A stretch of 52,623 bases of DNA, filler included, from Stramenopiles sp. TOSAG23-3 (lineage: Eukaryota), in the NCBI GenBank assembly GCA_900128585.1. It is 4 parts of 4 records of this genome, joined end to end, with 100 filler letters (N's around TTAATTAATTAA, not from the genome) between each part and the next. Parts side by side here need not be neighbours in the genome. Positions count along the whole stretch, not along the records: positions 50,603 to 52,623 come from LT645150.1; 3 more parts are not named here. One strand, 5' to 3'. Shown piece after piece: positions 50,603-52,623 of the stretch (positions are counted from its first letter, which is position 1; each line of letters begins with the position of its first letter). The position numbers were made by a program, and so were the translations under genes. The notes below the pieces were generated by a model. It was not told the DNA's origin and did no database searches. It worked only from the letters and a program-made list of their open reading frames with translations.

Positions 50603-51086
50603 AAACGGTTGTTCTGTATTTCTTTCGAAACCAATAAATATAAAATATGTGAGTGAACTGTATAATTGTGAATGGCCGTTTGTAGTTGTTATAGTTATGT
50701 GTGGATATATTGAGATGGTGTGAGATGTGAGAGAGATTCAGTAGTTAATTATCTATGATATAAAAAAATATTATAATAAAAAAACTATTATTTTTTATTA
50801 TTATTAATTTATTATACTACTACACAAAAAAATATGGTGGTGGTGGTGAATTTTATATAAGTAAGTATATTGTATTTTTTTCCTACATATTGTTATAAGT
50901 TCGAATTATTATATTTTACTGTATCTTATTTAAATGGATGATCGCGTATAGTTGTTTCCGAAACAACCGGTTGCAAGGTTAATTTTCTGAGCATACTCTC
51001 CATATCCTTCTGGGGTGAACGAAGGATTTTGTTTGCCACTACAAATTTGCCTTAGGTGCTATATATATTAGAAGGGAACGGAAGCA

Positions 51087-51624
51087 ATGGAAAAGGAACT
51101 CCTTTCACCGGAGGCAAAGCCGACAACATTAAAACTGAAAGTAAGTAACTGTTTCTCATATACGTGTACTGTGGGGTTTACTAACTTCGAAATTACTTTT
51201 GCAGGTGGAGAACTTGGAAACTATATCAAAACGACAGGGGGAATCTCTAGGTAGGCTGCACGAAGATGTGGAGAGCACATTAAAACTCCTCACGGAAGCA
51301 GCAGAGCACATGCACTCTCGTGATGCATTGGATACAAATTTGAAAGCACGCGTGGATGTTTTGGAAGATGTTCTAAATGACCACCAGGTAATAATAACAT
51401 CGTTCAAAAGTGCATCAGAATCGTTTGATTCGCAGTTGGGTGGGGTCAGAAATTACATTGAAACCAGTGCAAATGTTCACGAGAAACGCTCCGAAGAATT
51501 GAGTGCTCAATGCGCGGAGCTGCGGACGGAAAACCGACATTTAAAAGATGAAATGAAGGAATTAAAATTGGTTTTATTTTCACTCAACCAAAAAGTAGAG
51601 GCGATTTCGGCGCAAGTTTTGTAA
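51087..51624 (+). CDS. Two-exon coiled-coil protein (exon 1 51087-51140, intron 51141-51204, exon 2 51205-51624)
   Basis: ATG at 51087 (MEKELLSPEAKPTTLKLK), GTAAGT donor, TACTAAC branch point at 51179-51185, TTTTGCAG acceptor. Splicing keeps frame into VENLETISK..., and the product shows heptad repeats. Confidence 0.8.
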
Positions 51625-51973
51625 AACGGCCCCTCAAACAGGTAAATGTCAATAACTTTAGTTTAATTATAAAGAACTTTTCCCTTTATAGTATACTTTC
51701 TTAAAAACAAAAAGTTGGCTGTTATTTAAAGTAGCATTACTATATAATTGTTTTAAGTAGTTAAAATTTATCTTCATGTACGGCGAAAATGAATCTGCTC
51801 CTTTCGTCTATTGAATACTTTTTTAAGTTATGAAATCCCTCTTTGGTGACCTTTTAAAATAAAAACCAAAAGGAAACATTTACTTACAATTTATAGTAAC
51901 AAGAAAATTGGCTGTTGTATAAACGGAAGAATTAATTTTTTTTTAAAACCTTGGTTTCACATTTTTACTCTTA

Positions 51974-52177
51974 TAAATGTAGAGTTCAGTTCGCAGTACA
52001 TTAATTTTAATTACTTAAATAATAACAGCCAATTTTCTTGCTTTTAATTCATCATCAAATTAACCTTGAGTGGTTTAACATCAAATTGAAACATATACTT
52101 CAAAGCAAGCAAGAAAATTGGCTGGCTGTTATTTAAGTAATTAAAATTAATGTACTGCGAACTGAACTCTAGATTTA
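51974..52177. repeat. Inverted repeat (about 70-bp arms 51974-52044 / 52102-52177) within a cluster of AAGAAAATTGGCTGTT repeats
   Basis: tagagttcagttcgcagtacattaattttaattacttaaataa...cagccaattttcttgc is reverse-complemented at 52102-52171. Further partial copies lie at 51898, 52242 and 52298. Confidence 0.88.
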
Positions 52178-52623
52178 GACATTCAAGGTTTACATTTCTA
52201 AATTTTTAGAGATTAAACTGAGAGATCTTTTTTTTTTTTAAAACAAGAAAATTGGCTGTTATTTAAGTAATTAAATTTAGCTTCCTCATACCCTAAAAAC
52301 AAAAAATTGGCTGTTAAAAATTAATGCACTGCGAACTGATCTTTTAAAATAATTAAATTCTCTTGCATTTTGGATTTTGGGTAATTTTTAATCTTATTAT
52401 TAATTCTTGACAATCACAAAGAGGGTGACTGCAACTCCACCGAGACTCACATCACAGTTTGAAACTATTGACACTACACCGTCCAGTTTTTCAATCAGGG
52501 ATTTAAAGGCTTTTTTAAAACGAATCAGCAAGACAGCCCGTCCTCCCTAGTCCTTTTTTTATCCTTTTCCAGCCCCTCTGGTTTCGCAGTCGGGTCACGC
52601 GCTGGTTTCGTTGATTCGGGCTG

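Overview
This is eukaryotic nuclear DNA from an intron-poor flagellated protist; a stramenopile-like marine heterotroph is my guess, but the window cannot prove it. It is not one continuous locus: three artificial 100-nt linkers (N44-TTAATTAATTAA-N44) join four contigs (1-24141, 24242-48380, 48481-50502, 50603-52623), and there is a 26-N gap at 518-543. Recognisable genes are SEC31, RMC1/Mic1, MNS1 (frameshifted near its C-terminus), a myosin with an IQ neck and RCC1-repeat tail, an SBF2-domain myotubularin with an intact catalytic motif, ODAD1/ODA-DC2, a PLP trans-sulfuration enzyme, TTI2, a monomeric B12-dependent class II ribonucleotide reductase with a mitochondrial-type presequence, a bacterial-type RsuA/RluF pseudouridine synthase, a degenerate HSF-domain ORF and a two-exon coiled-coil gene. 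The least explained feature is a 2597-aa polytopic membrane protein with a fibronectin-type-II-like ectodomain and an EF-hand pair. Non-coding DNA holds an 871-bp non-autonomous transposon (40-bp TIRs, 4-bp TSD), fold-back repeats, a motif (AACAAGAAAATTGGCT) found in sense orientation downstream of five genes, and recurrent upstream motifs (TAGTCGTCT, TACGAGGAGTA). All protein family calls come from motif recognition by eye; no database search was run.
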